Source: Vulcanisaeta sp. AZ3 (GTDB lineage Archaea > Thermoproteota > Thermoprotei > Thermoproteales > Thermocladiaceae). Taken from it: 48,593 nucleotides of DNA. Numbering within the stretch: the first letter of the stretch is position 1; every line of letters begins with the position of its first letter. The notes beneath the pieces are model-generated. The model was not told where the DNA came from. It did no database searches and saw only the letters and a list, made by a program, of their open reading frames with translations. The translations under genes were made by a program, and so were the position numbers. Location: assembly GCA_000960865.2 (NCBI GenBank), contig JZWU02000010.1:1-48593 (forward strand). Direction: 5' to 3'. This document shows positions 28,310-37,883 of this stretch, one piece after another.

Positions 28310-29528
28310 CTTAATTAAAGATCCACAATCATTGATAAACTACATAGAGAATTACCTTCTCTTCATCATGAACATACCCTTCATTAGTAAGGAATTTAAT
28401 GACAACATTATAAGATTAATAGTTCAAGACGAAAACGGAAGTGCAGAATTAAGTATTAATCATATTATGAGTGTTAAAGGCCGTGGAAAAACAAAGAACT
28501 CTCTCAAGGCATTAATCCTCAGGTACCTAGGTACAGATGGAGTACGTAGGATTACCGTAATGATACTGAAGAAAGATAACACTATCTACAGAATTGACGA
28601 CTTACCTAAGATGCGGTCATTACCTCTCGGCCTACTTAGCCTCGCATTAATCTTGGTAATCGCCATGTCTCTAGTAATTACAACGTTAAGAATAATTGAT
28701 ATAATACCACCGATACACCTAATGATAGCATTATTATTAGTGCCATTATTAATACCCATAGCCTACTCATACATATTACAGTTAAGGATTAGGCAGTGGA
28801 ATTTACGAGGATCGCAAATAGTGAAGTTCGTGTTCGAATATAGTGATTTCAGTGAAGAGAAATTTAACAATGCCCTGAGGTTTCTAAGCAAGATAGACGG
28901 CATTAAGTCATTGAATGAAGTTAGGAAGTTCATACTATCATTGATTAACAACCCTACCACAGCACCTAATAGTTATCATGAGGAGGTCATAGATATCGAC
29001 TCTATGATGAGTGAGCTTGGTATTAGCAGTCATAGAATTTACTTGGTTAACTTAGACCAATGTAATGCAGCATCTGTGGGTATACCTGGATTAAATTACA
29101 TTATTTTAACGTCAAGGTTAGTTTCATGTCTAAATAAAGATGAGTTAATGGCCGTTATTGCGCATGAGATCGGTCATATAGTTCACGGAGATTCTGCAAA
29201 AACGTTATTCTTGGTGTCCCTTAGTCAACTAATCAATATTGCATTGATTATTTACATCGTACCAATTATGACATTGCCTGTAATACCATTAATAATTAGT
29301 GTAATAATCCTCGAATTATTAGCTATAATGTTCATGATGAGATTAAGTGAATACTCGGCTGATAAGTATGCTCTAAGATTAGTGCCTAATAGGGTATTAG
29401 TAATGGCATTGTTAAGAGTTACCTGGAGAGAATTGTATAATGAATTAGTAAGTAGAAGGCTTAGAATATTTGATGTTCATCCCACAGTTTCAAGTAGGTT
29501 ATTAAGAATGAGTTCTATTTTCCACTAA
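28275..29528 (+). CDS. M48 family membrane zinc protease with extended N-terminus
   Basis: CNAASVG, AVIAHEIGH, EYSADKYA, DVHP; several TM segments. Confidence 0.85.
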   Translation: MVTARIYQIIHDLIKDPQSLINYIENYLLFIMNIPFISKEFNDNIIRLIVQDENGSAELSINHIMSVKGRGKTKNSLKALILRYLGTDGVRRITVMILKKDNTIYRIDDLPKMRSLPLGLLSLALILVIAMSLVITTLRIIDIIPPIHLMIALLLVPLLIPIAYSYILQLRIRQWNLRGSQIVKFVFEYSDFSEEKFNNALRFLSKIDGIKSLNEVRKFILSLINNPTTAPNSYHEEVIDIDSMMSELGISSHRIYLVNLDQCNAASVGIPGLNYIILTSRLVSCLNKDELMAVIAHEIGHIVHGDSAKTLFLVSLSQLINIALIIYIVPIMTLPVIPLIISVIILELLAIMFMMRLSEYSADKYALRLVPNRVLVMALLRVTWRELYNELVSRRLRIFDVHPTVSSRLLRMSSIFH

Positions 29529-29600
29529 ATATTATGTATTTTAATATCTCATTACTTATTTAATGGTTAACTTAATTTTTGTTTCAGCCACGATTTACTC

Positions 29601-30026
29601 ATGGACTTAATAGAGAGAATTAGTGAATTAAGGATGTTAATCAATAGGTTGGAGAATAAGTATCCTGAATTATCTGAATTATCATCATTAATAGATGACA
29701 TAATCATAAAATGCGTATCATTATCGGACATATTGTTAAACATATATTCAATCACCGACTCAGCAACCCGTTCCTTAATATTCGAGAATAACTCTTTGCC
29801 AACAAACCTAAACTCAGCCCTAATAAGGAGGTACCTTAGTGTGATAAGGGCTTCGGATGATCTTAATGAAGTTTTAATTAAGGTTCCACAGGAGGAAAGG
29901 CATATACTCATAGATGCCATTAAAATTCTTAAGAAGAGGGGTATGCTTGACCTAGATATTGATTATGATAAGGATGGGCTTAAGATAAAGATAATAAGTA
30001 GGGTTGAGGATAATGGTACTACGTGA
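29601..30026 (+). CDS. Hypothetical protein, C-terminal wHTH-like
   Basis: Coiled N-terminus; DAIKILKKRGMLDL motif. Confidence 0.6.
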   Translation: MDLIERISELRMLINRLENKYPELSELSSLIDDIIIKCVSLSDILLNIYSITDSATRSLIFENNSLPTNLNSALIRRYLSVIRASDDLNEVLIKVPQEERHILIDAIKILKKRGMLDLDIDYDKDGLKIKIISRVEDNGTT

Positions 30027-30097
30027 ATGAGTTCGAAGAAGACCACAACCATAGTGTGAAAAACATATATAGTCCTAACTTTTTCACACTCTTAAGT

Positions 30098-30778
30098 ATG
30101 CCTTACGATGTCCCATTCGTACCCACGCCCGAAGTTGTAGTTAGGAGGATGCTTCAACTTGCTAATGTTAAAAGGGATGAGGTTGTCTACGATCTTGGTT
30201 GTGGTGATGGCCGTACAGTGATCATGGCAGCTAGGGAGTTTGGTGCCAGATCTGCATGCATTGAGATTAGGAAGGATCTCTATGAGCAAACCCTAAGGAG
30301 AGTTAAAGATTTAGATCTTGAGGATAGAGTTAAGGTAATTTACGGTAACTTTTTCGAGGAGGATTTATCAGATGCTGATGTGGTTACAATGTACTTACTC
30401 ACTAGCGTCAACGAAAGAATCAAACCAAAATTAGAACGTGAGTTAAGACCTGGTGTGAGGGTTGTATCTCATGATTTTGAAATGCCAGGTTGGAAACCCT
30501 TGATTGTTGAGGATTTATATGAAGAGTGGCGTAGTCATAAGGTATATCTTTATAAAATACCAGGTTTAGAAATTCCAATACCTATAAGCGATCTAGAGAG
30601 TAGGATGAATGATTTATTGTTTGACGAACTTCACATGAGTGTTTTGAAATTGATAGATGGCAATAGGTCTATTGAGGAAATCTCCAATAAGACTCAACTA
30701 ACGATGAGGGCAGTGAGGGAAATAATAAATGATTTAATGAAGCAAGGGCTCATTAAGGAGGTAAGGGTTGTGAAGTAA
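30098..30778 (+). CDS. aKMT-like protein-lysine methyltransferase fused to a C-terminal wHTH
   Basis: VPFVPTPEVVVRRML, YDLGCGDGR, GNFF, VVTMYLL, LRPGVRVVSH; tail IDGNRSIEEI..LMKQGLI. Confidence 0.85.
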   Translation: MPYDVPFVPTPEVVVRRMLQLANVKRDEVVYDLGCGDGRTVIMAAREFGARSACIEIRKDLYEQTLRRVKDLDLEDRVKVIYGNFFEEDLSDADVVTMYLLTSVNERIKPKLERELRPGVRVVSHDFEMPGWKPLIVEDLYEEWRSHKVYLYKIPGLEIPIPISDLESRMNDLLFDELHMSVLKLIDGNRSIEEISNKTQLTMRAVREIINDLMKQGLIKEVRVVK

Positions 30779-30800
30779 TAAGGCATTTAAAAACATTGCT

Positions 30801-31808
30801 TTGTCTCAATCATTGATGGTTGCATCGCCAATTTTAATGAACGAAGTCTATGATATCGATGTTGGTATAAATACAATCGATGACCTAATAAAAGCATATA
30901 GGCAGATAGGTGGTTTTCAAGGCAGACACATAGCCGATGCAGCAGATACGCTTCTGAGCATGTATAGTAATGATGAGGTTACGGTATTTCTATCCTTCAC
31001 AGCCAACCTAGTTTCCACAGGACTGCGCGGACTACTTGCTAAGTTCATAGAGAGAGGTTTCGTAGATGTCGTAATAACAACAGCAGGTACTCTCGACCAT
31101 GACATTGCCAAAGCAATGGGTGGTAAATATTACGCTAGTTATTTTGATGTAGACGATGTTGAAATGAGTAAGGAGGGCATACATAGAATTGGGAATGTAG
31201 CTGTTAAGAAGGATCATTACGGCCCGCTCATTGAGAAATTTATTCACTCATCATTAGAGGAGCTAGTTAGAGTTAAAGAGGAGTGGGGTATTAGGGAATT
31301 GCTTTGGGAGTTAGGTGAGAGAATTAATGATGACTACTCAATAATTAGGGCTGCATCAAGGGCTAAAGTGCCCATCTACGTACCCGGTTTTGTAGATGGA
31401 GCTTTTGGCACAGCAATACTTACATTCAATGAAGCACAAAGAGCCAAGACCAGTGGAAAGCAAGTAAAGATTAACTTACTTAAAGATGAGCATGAATTAA
31501 TGGACATCGTATACTCAAGCAAGTCATTAGGTGCCTTAATAATTGGCGGAGGCATTAGTAAGCACCACGTGATTTGGTGGTCCCAATTTGCCGGTGGTCT
31601 TGATTATGTGGTCTATGTAACAATGGCTCTGGAATTCGATGGTTCATTAAGCGGTGCAAGACCTAAGGAAGCTATCACGTGGGGTAAGGTAAAGCCAAGT
31701 GCTAAGCAAGCATTCGTAATTAGTGATGCCACGATAGCTCTACCAATACTAATTCCCTATATAGTTAAGAAGTACGGGTTTAGGAAAGGTATTAAGATAA
31801 TCGAGTAA
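30801..31808 (+). CDS. dys: Deoxyhypusine synthase
   Basis: FTANLVSTGLRG, RIGNV, IGGGISKHH, FDGSLSGARPKEAITWGK, DATIALP. Confidence 0.95.
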   Translation: MSQSLMVASPILMNEVYDIDVGINTIDDLIKAYRQIGGFQGRHIADAADTLLSMYSNDEVTVFLSFTANLVSTGLRGLLAKFIERGFVDVVITTAGTLDHDIAKAMGGKYYASYFDVDDVEMSKEGIHRIGNVAVKKDHYGPLIEKFIHSSLEELVRVKEEWGIRELLWELGERINDDYSIIRAASRAKVPIYVPGFVDGAFGTAILTFNEAQRAKTSGKQVKINLLKDEHELMDIVYSSKSLGALIIGGGISKHHVIWWSQFAGGLDYVVYVTMALEFDGSLSGARPKEAITWGKVKPSAKQAFVISDATIALPILIPYIVKKYGFRKGIKIIE

Positions 31809-31846
31809 TCGGTAGCGCCTTAAATATTAAATTTAATGTATTAAGT

Positions 31847-32083
31847 TTGATGAGGTTTAAAATAAATAAAAGATTGAGGAGGGGCGATATATTCATTGAG
31901 GAGGTATTACTAATAGCAATATCCATGGCAGTACTTATTGCACTGGTCTCACTGATAAGCGGTTTATTTGGCAACACAGTATCTGGAATAATGCATCTGC
32001 AGAACACAGTTAATGGTGCTTTAAAAGGCTTCATAGACGATCTTCAGAAGGTGATGTCCAACGCCTTTAACTTCACAAGCTAA
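31847..32083 (+). CDS. Small type IV pilin-like protein (class III signal peptide)
   Basis: Basic leader RLRRG|DIFIEE with Glu at +5 followed by a hydrophobic helix. Confidence 0.65.
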   Translation: MMRFKINKRLRRGDIFIEEVLLIAISMAVLIALVSLISGLFGNTVSGIMHLQNTVNGALKGFIDDLQKVMSNAFNFTS

Positions 32084-32354
32084 AGAGCTAAATAGCATCA
32101 TTAATGAGCTTAAAAGTAGAGGTTTTAATAGATTAGACATATACTTAGTACTAAAAACATTAAGGCCTAATGTTAATTTCGAGTACTTATTAACACCAAG
32201 CGAGTTGGAAATAATTAATAGGGTTAGCAAATTAAGGGACGAGCTTTATAGGTTAAGAACAATGCTCAATGATATTGAGAGGAGAACCAGAAGGAGGCAT
32301 GACTTAATAACGGGAATTTATGAGGAGTTAATGAATAACCCTCTAGCGAAATAA
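32061..32354 (+). CDS. Unlisted 97-aa helical/coiled-coil protein with apparent ACG start
   Basis: Open frame (M)[31 protein letters not shown]...[10 protein letters not shown] fills the gap before pyrG; GGTGA SD at 32050-32054. Confidence 0.6.
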   Translation, partial: TPLTSQAKELNSIINELKSRGFNRLDIYLVLKTLRPNVNFEYLLTPSELEIINRVSKLRDELYRLRTMLNDIERRTRRRHDLITGIYEELMNNPLAK

Positions 32355-32391
32355 GAGTAAGGTTTTAATTTTAAATCAAACCGTGCTTACT

Positions 32392-34107
32392 ATGACGACT
32401 ACTAAATACATCTTTATTACTGGCGGTGTACTATCGGGACTTGGTAAGGGAATTACAACAGCTTCCATTGGCAAAATACTCCAGGCAAGAGGTTATAATG
32501 TAACCGCGATTAAGATAGACCCATACTTAAATGTTGACGCAGGTACGATGAATCCATTTCAACACGGTGAGGTATTCGTAACATTTGACGGTGGTGAGAC
32601 TGACCTCGACCTCGGCCATTACGAAAGATTTCTAGATGTTGAGATCCCTAAGTATCACAACATAACCAGTGGACAAGTATATTATACGGTTATTCGTAGA
32701 GAGCGTAGAGGTAAGTATCTAGGTCAAACAGTCCAGTTAATACCTCATGTGACGGAAGAGGTTAAGAGGAGGATAATGCTTGTAACAAAACGTGAAAGGC
32801 CTGATATAGTATTAATAGAGATTGGCGGTACTATTGGTGATTATGAGGGGTTACCATTCCTCGAGGCGGCCAGACAGATGAGACTTGAAATGCCTAACGA
32901 TGTACTGTTCGTTCACGTAGCTCTAGTGCCTATGCTCACAACAACGGGCGAGTTAAAGACAAAACCTCTACAGCATAGCGTCGCTGAACTTAGGAGAGTT
33001 GGTATTCAACCAGATATAATAATAGCCAGATCTCCAAGATCTCTCGATAGCTCAACAAAAAGAAAGATTTCTTTATTTACGAACGTACCTATAGAGGCTG
33101 TCTTTACATCTTACGATGTAGATACCATATACAAAGTACCATTAATACTCGAGGAGCAAGGCCTTGGTAAGTACATAACCAGTAAGTTAGGGCTCAATAA
33201 TACAGAGCCGAAGCTCAATGATTGGATTAGCTTCATAAACGCCCTGGAGAACAGCAAGGAAGTAATTAACGTGTATATGTGTGGTAAGTATGTAAAGCTA
33301 CATGATTCATATATCAGCATTGTCGAAGCAATAAAACATGCATCAGCTAAGTTAATGATTAAGCCAAACATTGTTTGGTGTGATACCGAGGAGTTCGAAA
33401 AAGAACCCTCTAAAGTGACGGAGCTTAATAACGCAGACGCCATAATAGTACTACCAGGCTTCGGTGCAAGAGGCGTTGAAGGCAAAATAGAGGCAATTAG
33501 GTATGCTCGTGAAAACAATATTCCATTCCTGGGAATATGCTATGGAATGCAATTAGCTGTTGTGGAATTTGCCAGAAACGTAGTTGGCTTAAGGGGTGCT
33601 CACACCACGGAGGTTGATCCAAACACTCCATACCCAGTCATTGATATAACACCCGAGGAAAGAAGCATTAAGGAATTTGGTGGAACCATGATACTCGGTG
33701 ATAGGAGGATCAACATAGCCAAGGGCACAATAGCCAACACAATATATGGAACTACAGAGATAAGAGAAAGGCATAGGCATAGGTATGAGGTTAATCCAGC
33801 CTTCTTCAAAGTCCTGACTGAGAAGGGTCTCGTATTCTCAGCGTGGAGAGCTGACGTACCTAGGGTTGAGATGATCGAAATACCAAACCATTTCTTCTTC
33901 GTAGCAACGCAATTCCACCCAGAATTCAAAAGTAGACCATTAAAGCCACACCCACTATTTGTCGCATTACTCAAAGCTGCCTATAATAAAAGCATGGGTT
34001 ACCATCACCATATAGTATTAAATCAACAGTATATGCATAATCAGCCTTCGAAGGCTCTGTCATTAATCCGCTGCGAACTGCCTCATCATACAATAAATCC
34101 TTATTAA
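32392..34107 (+). CDS. pyrG: CTP synthase
   Basis: [66 protein letters not shown]. Confidence 0.97.
   Translation: MTTTKYIFITGGVLSGLGKGITTASIGKILQARGYNVTAIKIDPYLNVDAGTMNPFQHGEVFVTFDGGETDLDLGHYERFLDVEIPKYHNITSGQVYYTVIRRERRGKYLGQTVQLIPHVTEEVKRRIMLVTKRERPDIVLIEIGGTIGDYEGLPFLEAARQMRLEMPNDVLFVHVALVPMLTTTGELKTKPLQHSVAELRRVGIQPDIIIARSPRSLDSSTKRKISLFTNVPIEAVFTSYDVDTIYKVPLILEEQGLGKYITSKLGLNNTEPKLNDWISFINALENSKEVINVYMCGKYVKLHDSYISIVEAIKHASAKLMIKPNIVWCDTEEFEKEPSKVTELNNADAIIVLPGFGARGVEGKIEAIRYARENNIPFLGICYGMQLAVVEFARNVVGLRGAHTTEVDPNTPYPVIDITPEERSIKEFGGTMILGDRRINIAKGTIANTIYGTTEIRERHRHRYEVNPAFFKVLTEKGLVFSAWRADVPRVEMIEIPNHFFFVATQFHPEFKSRPLKPHPLFVALLKAAYNKSMGYHHHIVLNQQYMHNQPSKALSLIRCELPHHTINPY
34038..34092 (-). 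ncRNA. C/D box sRNA candidate antisense to the pyrG 3' tail
   Basis: Minus strand ATGATGA (C, 34089-83), ggcagttcgcag, CGGA (D'), tta, ATGACAG (C', degenerate), agccttcgaagg, CTGA (D, 34044-41). TATAAAA lies about 25 nt upstream. Confidence 0.68.
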
Positions 34108-34143
34108 GTTATTTTATATGTTTATATTATTTACAGCTCCTTA

Positions 34144-36042
34144 TTGGTCCTATTCGTGATAAGACACGTAATGTGGATTGCTGTAATAGTGATGTTTATA
34201 TTACTTGCCTCTCAAGTATATGCGCAAGTCTCGATTAATTATATCGATATAAGCATAAGTTATAGCAATCAGCATATTATGCAGGTAGTTAATATAACGG
34301 GCGGTAAATTAACAATTCCAATCTATCAGTACTGTTCCAATGAGAAATACGTATCATTTGAGGCTTACTTAGATCCTTCTTCGAGCCTAGGGATAACTTC
34401 AGTCTCCTTAATCCTAAATAATGGGACCCTCATGGCGATACCCATGAACTTCAGTCCTAAGTACGTCAGCCTATATATTAACTGCTCATTACCAGTATAT
34501 GGAGTCTACCTCAACATAGGTACATACCCACCTTATCCAATGGAGGCTTTAATAATTCCCGGTCCAAATGTCACATACTCATTAACCCAAGGTTCTAAAA
34601 ACATCACAATACCTACAATGCCAGGTCTCGAATACCTATTCTCATTAATTAAGATTGTATTGATCTCACCAGCCACAGCAACCATAAGCGATTACTTAAC
34701 AGTACCCCTAAGCGTGGAATACTCAACAGTCAATATAGGCTCATTAAACGCAAATGCCAAGATAACGACATACATAACGTATTCAAACAATGTTGAGGTA
34801 ACCGCTAATGGAACAATATACGTAATAGTCATGCCGTATTACTACATGCCAATAAGCAATACTCAGAACTATATAGTATCATCAATAGCAGAACCCATAA
34901 TAATGCTTACAGGAGCTTCATGGATCAATTACTCCATTGAAAATTGCTCAATCATTAGCCCAGGAATTCCAAGAATAACGCCATGGACTAAGTACCTACG
35001 ATATAGTCCCAGCTGTTCCATAAATATGACCATAAAGCCAGTAACAATTAAATTAACCGATGCATCACTTCAAAGACTAAGTTGCAGTAACGTTCTTCTA
35101 GCAATGCAGGGAGGTACTATGATAGGAATTTCTGGTAATGTAACAATAAATCCAATAGCCAATAGAGTTATATACCTAGTCATTAATGGCATGAGGACAA
35201 TACCCATATACCTAAACTCAATACCTACATCGGTAATAACAATACAATTACCAATAATCACAAGACAAGAGATTTCAATACTTGATGAACTCGGTGAACC
35301 AATAAATCCAATCCTCTACATAAATATAAATGGCACATTACTCCTCTTTACAAACAATACATGTATATTACCAGGTAAGTATAACATATATGCGTTAGTA
35401 AATAACCAGTTATTAAATCTCGGTATGGAGAATATGAACCAAGGCAGCTTATTAAAAGTACCTTTATTCCCAAATTATACGATCACAATCTCCTCACTTC
35501 AAAAGTGCCCGGGCCTAGGCCTCGAATTAATTGTGAAGTATGGTAATCAGGAATACGTAATACCATTTAACGGCAATAGTCAGCAGGTGAACCTAATGAA
35601 TGTATTACCAAGCAGTTATGTTCAAATATACCTCCTAGGCAATGGTACAATACTATATCGATATCGAGTATTGATAAATAACACAACAGCTCACGTAATT
35701 CTATCACCACGCATCATAAATTTCATACCGGTTGACTTACTAGGTAACGAGTTGCCAAATGCTATACTAAGTATTGGTAATTTATACTATGTTGGTCCCG
35801 GTAAGTACTGTGTCCCTGTAAACTCCTCTTTAGGCATGGTTATGTATGGAAACGAAGTCTATATAGTGAATTTAACAAAAGGTAATATATACATTAGGAT
35901 ATGGACATTAGGCACTCTGGGCATAAAATCATTATTAATAATATTAGCCCTACTAACCATGCTAATCGCAATAATGGGGATACTGAAGGGGTTAAGTAGG
36001 AGAGGTGGAGGTGGTTCAGAAGATTATGTTATCATTAAGTAA
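34144..36042 (+). CDS. Large secreted glycoprotein with C-terminal membrane anchor (start probably 34171)
   Basis: Signal peptide ending VYA|Q, many N-x-S/T sequons, beta-rich I/N/Y composition, C-terminal TM plus basic tail. Confidence 0.78.
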   Translation: MVLFVIRHVMWIAVIVMFILLASQVYAQVSINYIDISISYSNQHIMQVVNITGGKLTIPIYQYCSNEKYVSFEAYLDPSSSLGITSVSLILNNGTLMAIPMNFSPKYVSLYINCSLPVYGVYLNIGTYPPYPMEALIIPGPNVTYSLTQGSKNITIPTMPGLEYLFSLIKIVLISPATATISDYLTVPLSVEYSTVNIGSLNANAKITTYITYSNNVEVTANGTIYVIVMPYYYMPISNTQNYIVSSIAEPIIMLTGASWINYSIENCSIISPGIPRITPWTKYLRYSPSCSINMTIKPVTIKLTDASLQRLSCSNVLLAMQGGTMIGISGNVTINPIANRVIYLVINGMRTIPIYLNSIPTSVITIQLPIITRQEISILDELGEPINPILYININGTLLLFTNNTCILPGKYNIYALVNNQLLNLGMENMNQGSLLKVPLFPNYTITISSLQKCPGLGLELIVKYGNQEYVIPFNGNSQQVNLMNVLPSSYVQIYLLGNGTILYRYRVLINNTTAHVILSPRIINFIPVDLLGNELPNAILSIGNLYYVGPGKYCVPVNSSLGMVMYGNEVYIVNLTKGNIYIRIWTLGTLGIKSLLIILALLTMLIAIMGILKGLSRRGGGGSEDYVIIK

Positions 36043-37174
36043 TTGACTTAATAATTTTGCTTAGCTCCTCGATACCTTCCCTAATAATGTCTAATCTTAT
36101 TGAGCCAATACTAAGCCTAATCGTACTCCTCCCATCACCATTCACAAAGAATCTATCACCAGGTACAAATGAAACACCCTGCTTAATACTCCTCCTAAGT
36201 AGGTCCCAAGCATTAATGCTTGTGTTTATGAGAGCATAAAATCCACAATATGGCTTAAGTATCAATGCATCTGGTAAATACTCACTTAATGCATCAATAA
36301 GTTCTCCAAGCTTTTTGGGATATAATTCACGGGCCCTCTTAATGACCTTCTCGGCAATACCCCTTCTCAATAAGTCATAGATTAAATACTGGGTTAATGT
36401 AGAAGCCGCAAAATCATGTTGTTCAATCTTCTCCAAGTCATTGCGCAACTTACCATTAGCTATTACAAAACCAATTCTTAGGCCAGGGCCTAATATCTTT
36501 GATAGCGTGCTAACATAAATTATATCATCATTCATGGACCTTAAAGGCGATTCCACATTGGGGTATAATGATGTATATGGATCGTCTTCAATAATCTTTA
36601 ATTCATATCTCTCAGCGATTTCCAGTAAGTGTTTCCTTCTATCTCTCGACATAGATGTACCAGTTGGATTATGGCAGTTGGGTATTGTGTATACAATACC
36701 AGAACCGTGTTTCTTAACGAGAGCCTCTAGCTCATAGGTATTCATACCATCTTTATCTATAGGAATTCCAAGAATCCTAGCGCCTTGAAAGCTCATGGGA
36801 GCTATAGTCTCCACGAATGTCGGATTCTCAGTATAAACTACAGTTTTTCTACTCATCAATAACTGTGATAATAGCTTAATGGCATGTTGAGCACCAGCTG
36901 TCACTATTATATCTCTCCAGACAGCACTTATATTGAGATTTCTCTCTACATACTTAGATAATTCAATCCTCAATTCTCTTAAACCACCAGCACCTGGATA
37001 GGCCAGTATTGCTGATCCATACTCTTCATAGATTTTATAAAAAGACTCCCTGACGTCATCAATAGGTATTAAACTTGGATCTGGAGAACCGCTCGCGAAA
37101 TTATACTTAACTCCTCTTTTCGCAAGTCTACTGGCTAATTCCACAGGCGACCAAAAGAGCCGCCTCATTATCAA
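36035..37174 (-). CDS. Class I/II PLP aminotransferase (LysN/MocR-like, no HTH)
   Basis: FASGSP, TAGAQ, PNCHNPTG, IEDDPY, STLSKILGPGLRIG, IRLS. Confidence 0.9.
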   Translation of the reverse strand: MIMRRLFWSPVELASRLAKRGVKYNFASGSPDPSLIPIDDVRESFYKIYEEYGSAILAYPGAGGLRELRIELSKYVERNLNISAVWRDIIVTAGAQHAIKLLSQLLMSRKTVVYTENPTFVETIAPMSFQGARILGIPIDKDGMNTYELEALVKKHGSGIVYTIPNCHNPTGTSMSRDRRKHLLEIAERYELKIIEDDPYTSLYPNVESPLRSMNDDIIYVSTLSKILGPGLRIGFVIANGKLRNDLEKIEQHDFAASTLTQYLIYDLLRRGIAEKVIKRARELYPKKLGELIDALSEYLPDALILKPYCGFYALINTSINAWDLLRRSIKQGVSFVPGDRFFVNGDGRSTIRLSIGSIRLDIIREGIEELSKIIKSIT

Positions 37175-37202
37175 GTGTCTAGAATTAGGTTTAATTAAAA
37201 AT

Positions 37203-37523
37203 TTATTTATGTTCCTCCTGCCAGCGCCTTAGAGCCTCTCGTCTAGCCCTATAGTACTGTACTATTGAGAATATTATTAAGGCCAGGAATACTATGAAGA
37301 GTAAGTATGTAAGCCAAATGATTGGTTGCGTTATTTGCGGTTTTCCAAAGGTTATGAGTATTGGTATTGGCACTATTGGAAATATTACAATGGCACCACC
37401 AACATTTGAGGATGGTGCTACTGAAACCCCCGAAGCAATGGCAAGTATTATAGCCACTACTGGTATTAATACCGCAAGGATTATTAAGAAAATACCAACC
37501 TGATAAAGTCTCATGCGTATCAC
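37203..37523 (-). CDS. Small membrane protein, DUF131/TIGR00304-like
   Basis: GGAIVIFP..PIPI..FG between TM helices. Confidence 0.65.
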   Translation of the reverse strand: MIRMRLYQVGIFLIILAVLIPVVAIILAIASGVSVAPSSNVGGAIVIFPIVPIPILITFGKPQITQPIIWLTYLLFIVFLALIIFSIVQYYRARREALRRWQEEHK

Positions 37524-37524
37524 C

Positions 37525-37800
37525 TCAATAGTATCCGGGCAGCAATGTTAGCACTACGAATAGTATTACGACAATTATTGTTAGGATTATAGCCCATTTA
37601 ATTACAGACTTATCATTACCAAAAATAATAGGTATAGGACCTATGAGCACCACACCACCAACACCGGTCCTTCTCTCCTCCTTACCTCTCTCATCACTTA
37701 CGTGGTTCTTCATTATGTCAATAATTATCAATATTATACCTAGAAATGCTAATACTACCGATAACACCACAGCCAACCCAATCAACGAGGCTAAATTCAT
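37525..37800 (-). CDS. DUF131/TIGR00304 family membrane protein
   Basis: GGVVLIGPIPIIFG signature. Confidence 0.85.
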   Translation of the reverse strand: MNLASLIGLAVVLSVVLAFLGIILIIIDIMKNHVSDERGKEERRTGVGGVVLIGPIPIIFGNDKSVIKWAIILTIIVVILFVVLTLLPGYY

Positions 37801-37883
37801 TGATTAAATAGCCCAATTATTGGGAATTAAAACCTATCCTCTCAGCTTAAAATTTAATAAGGGCGATTGCTATGTGTGAATCG

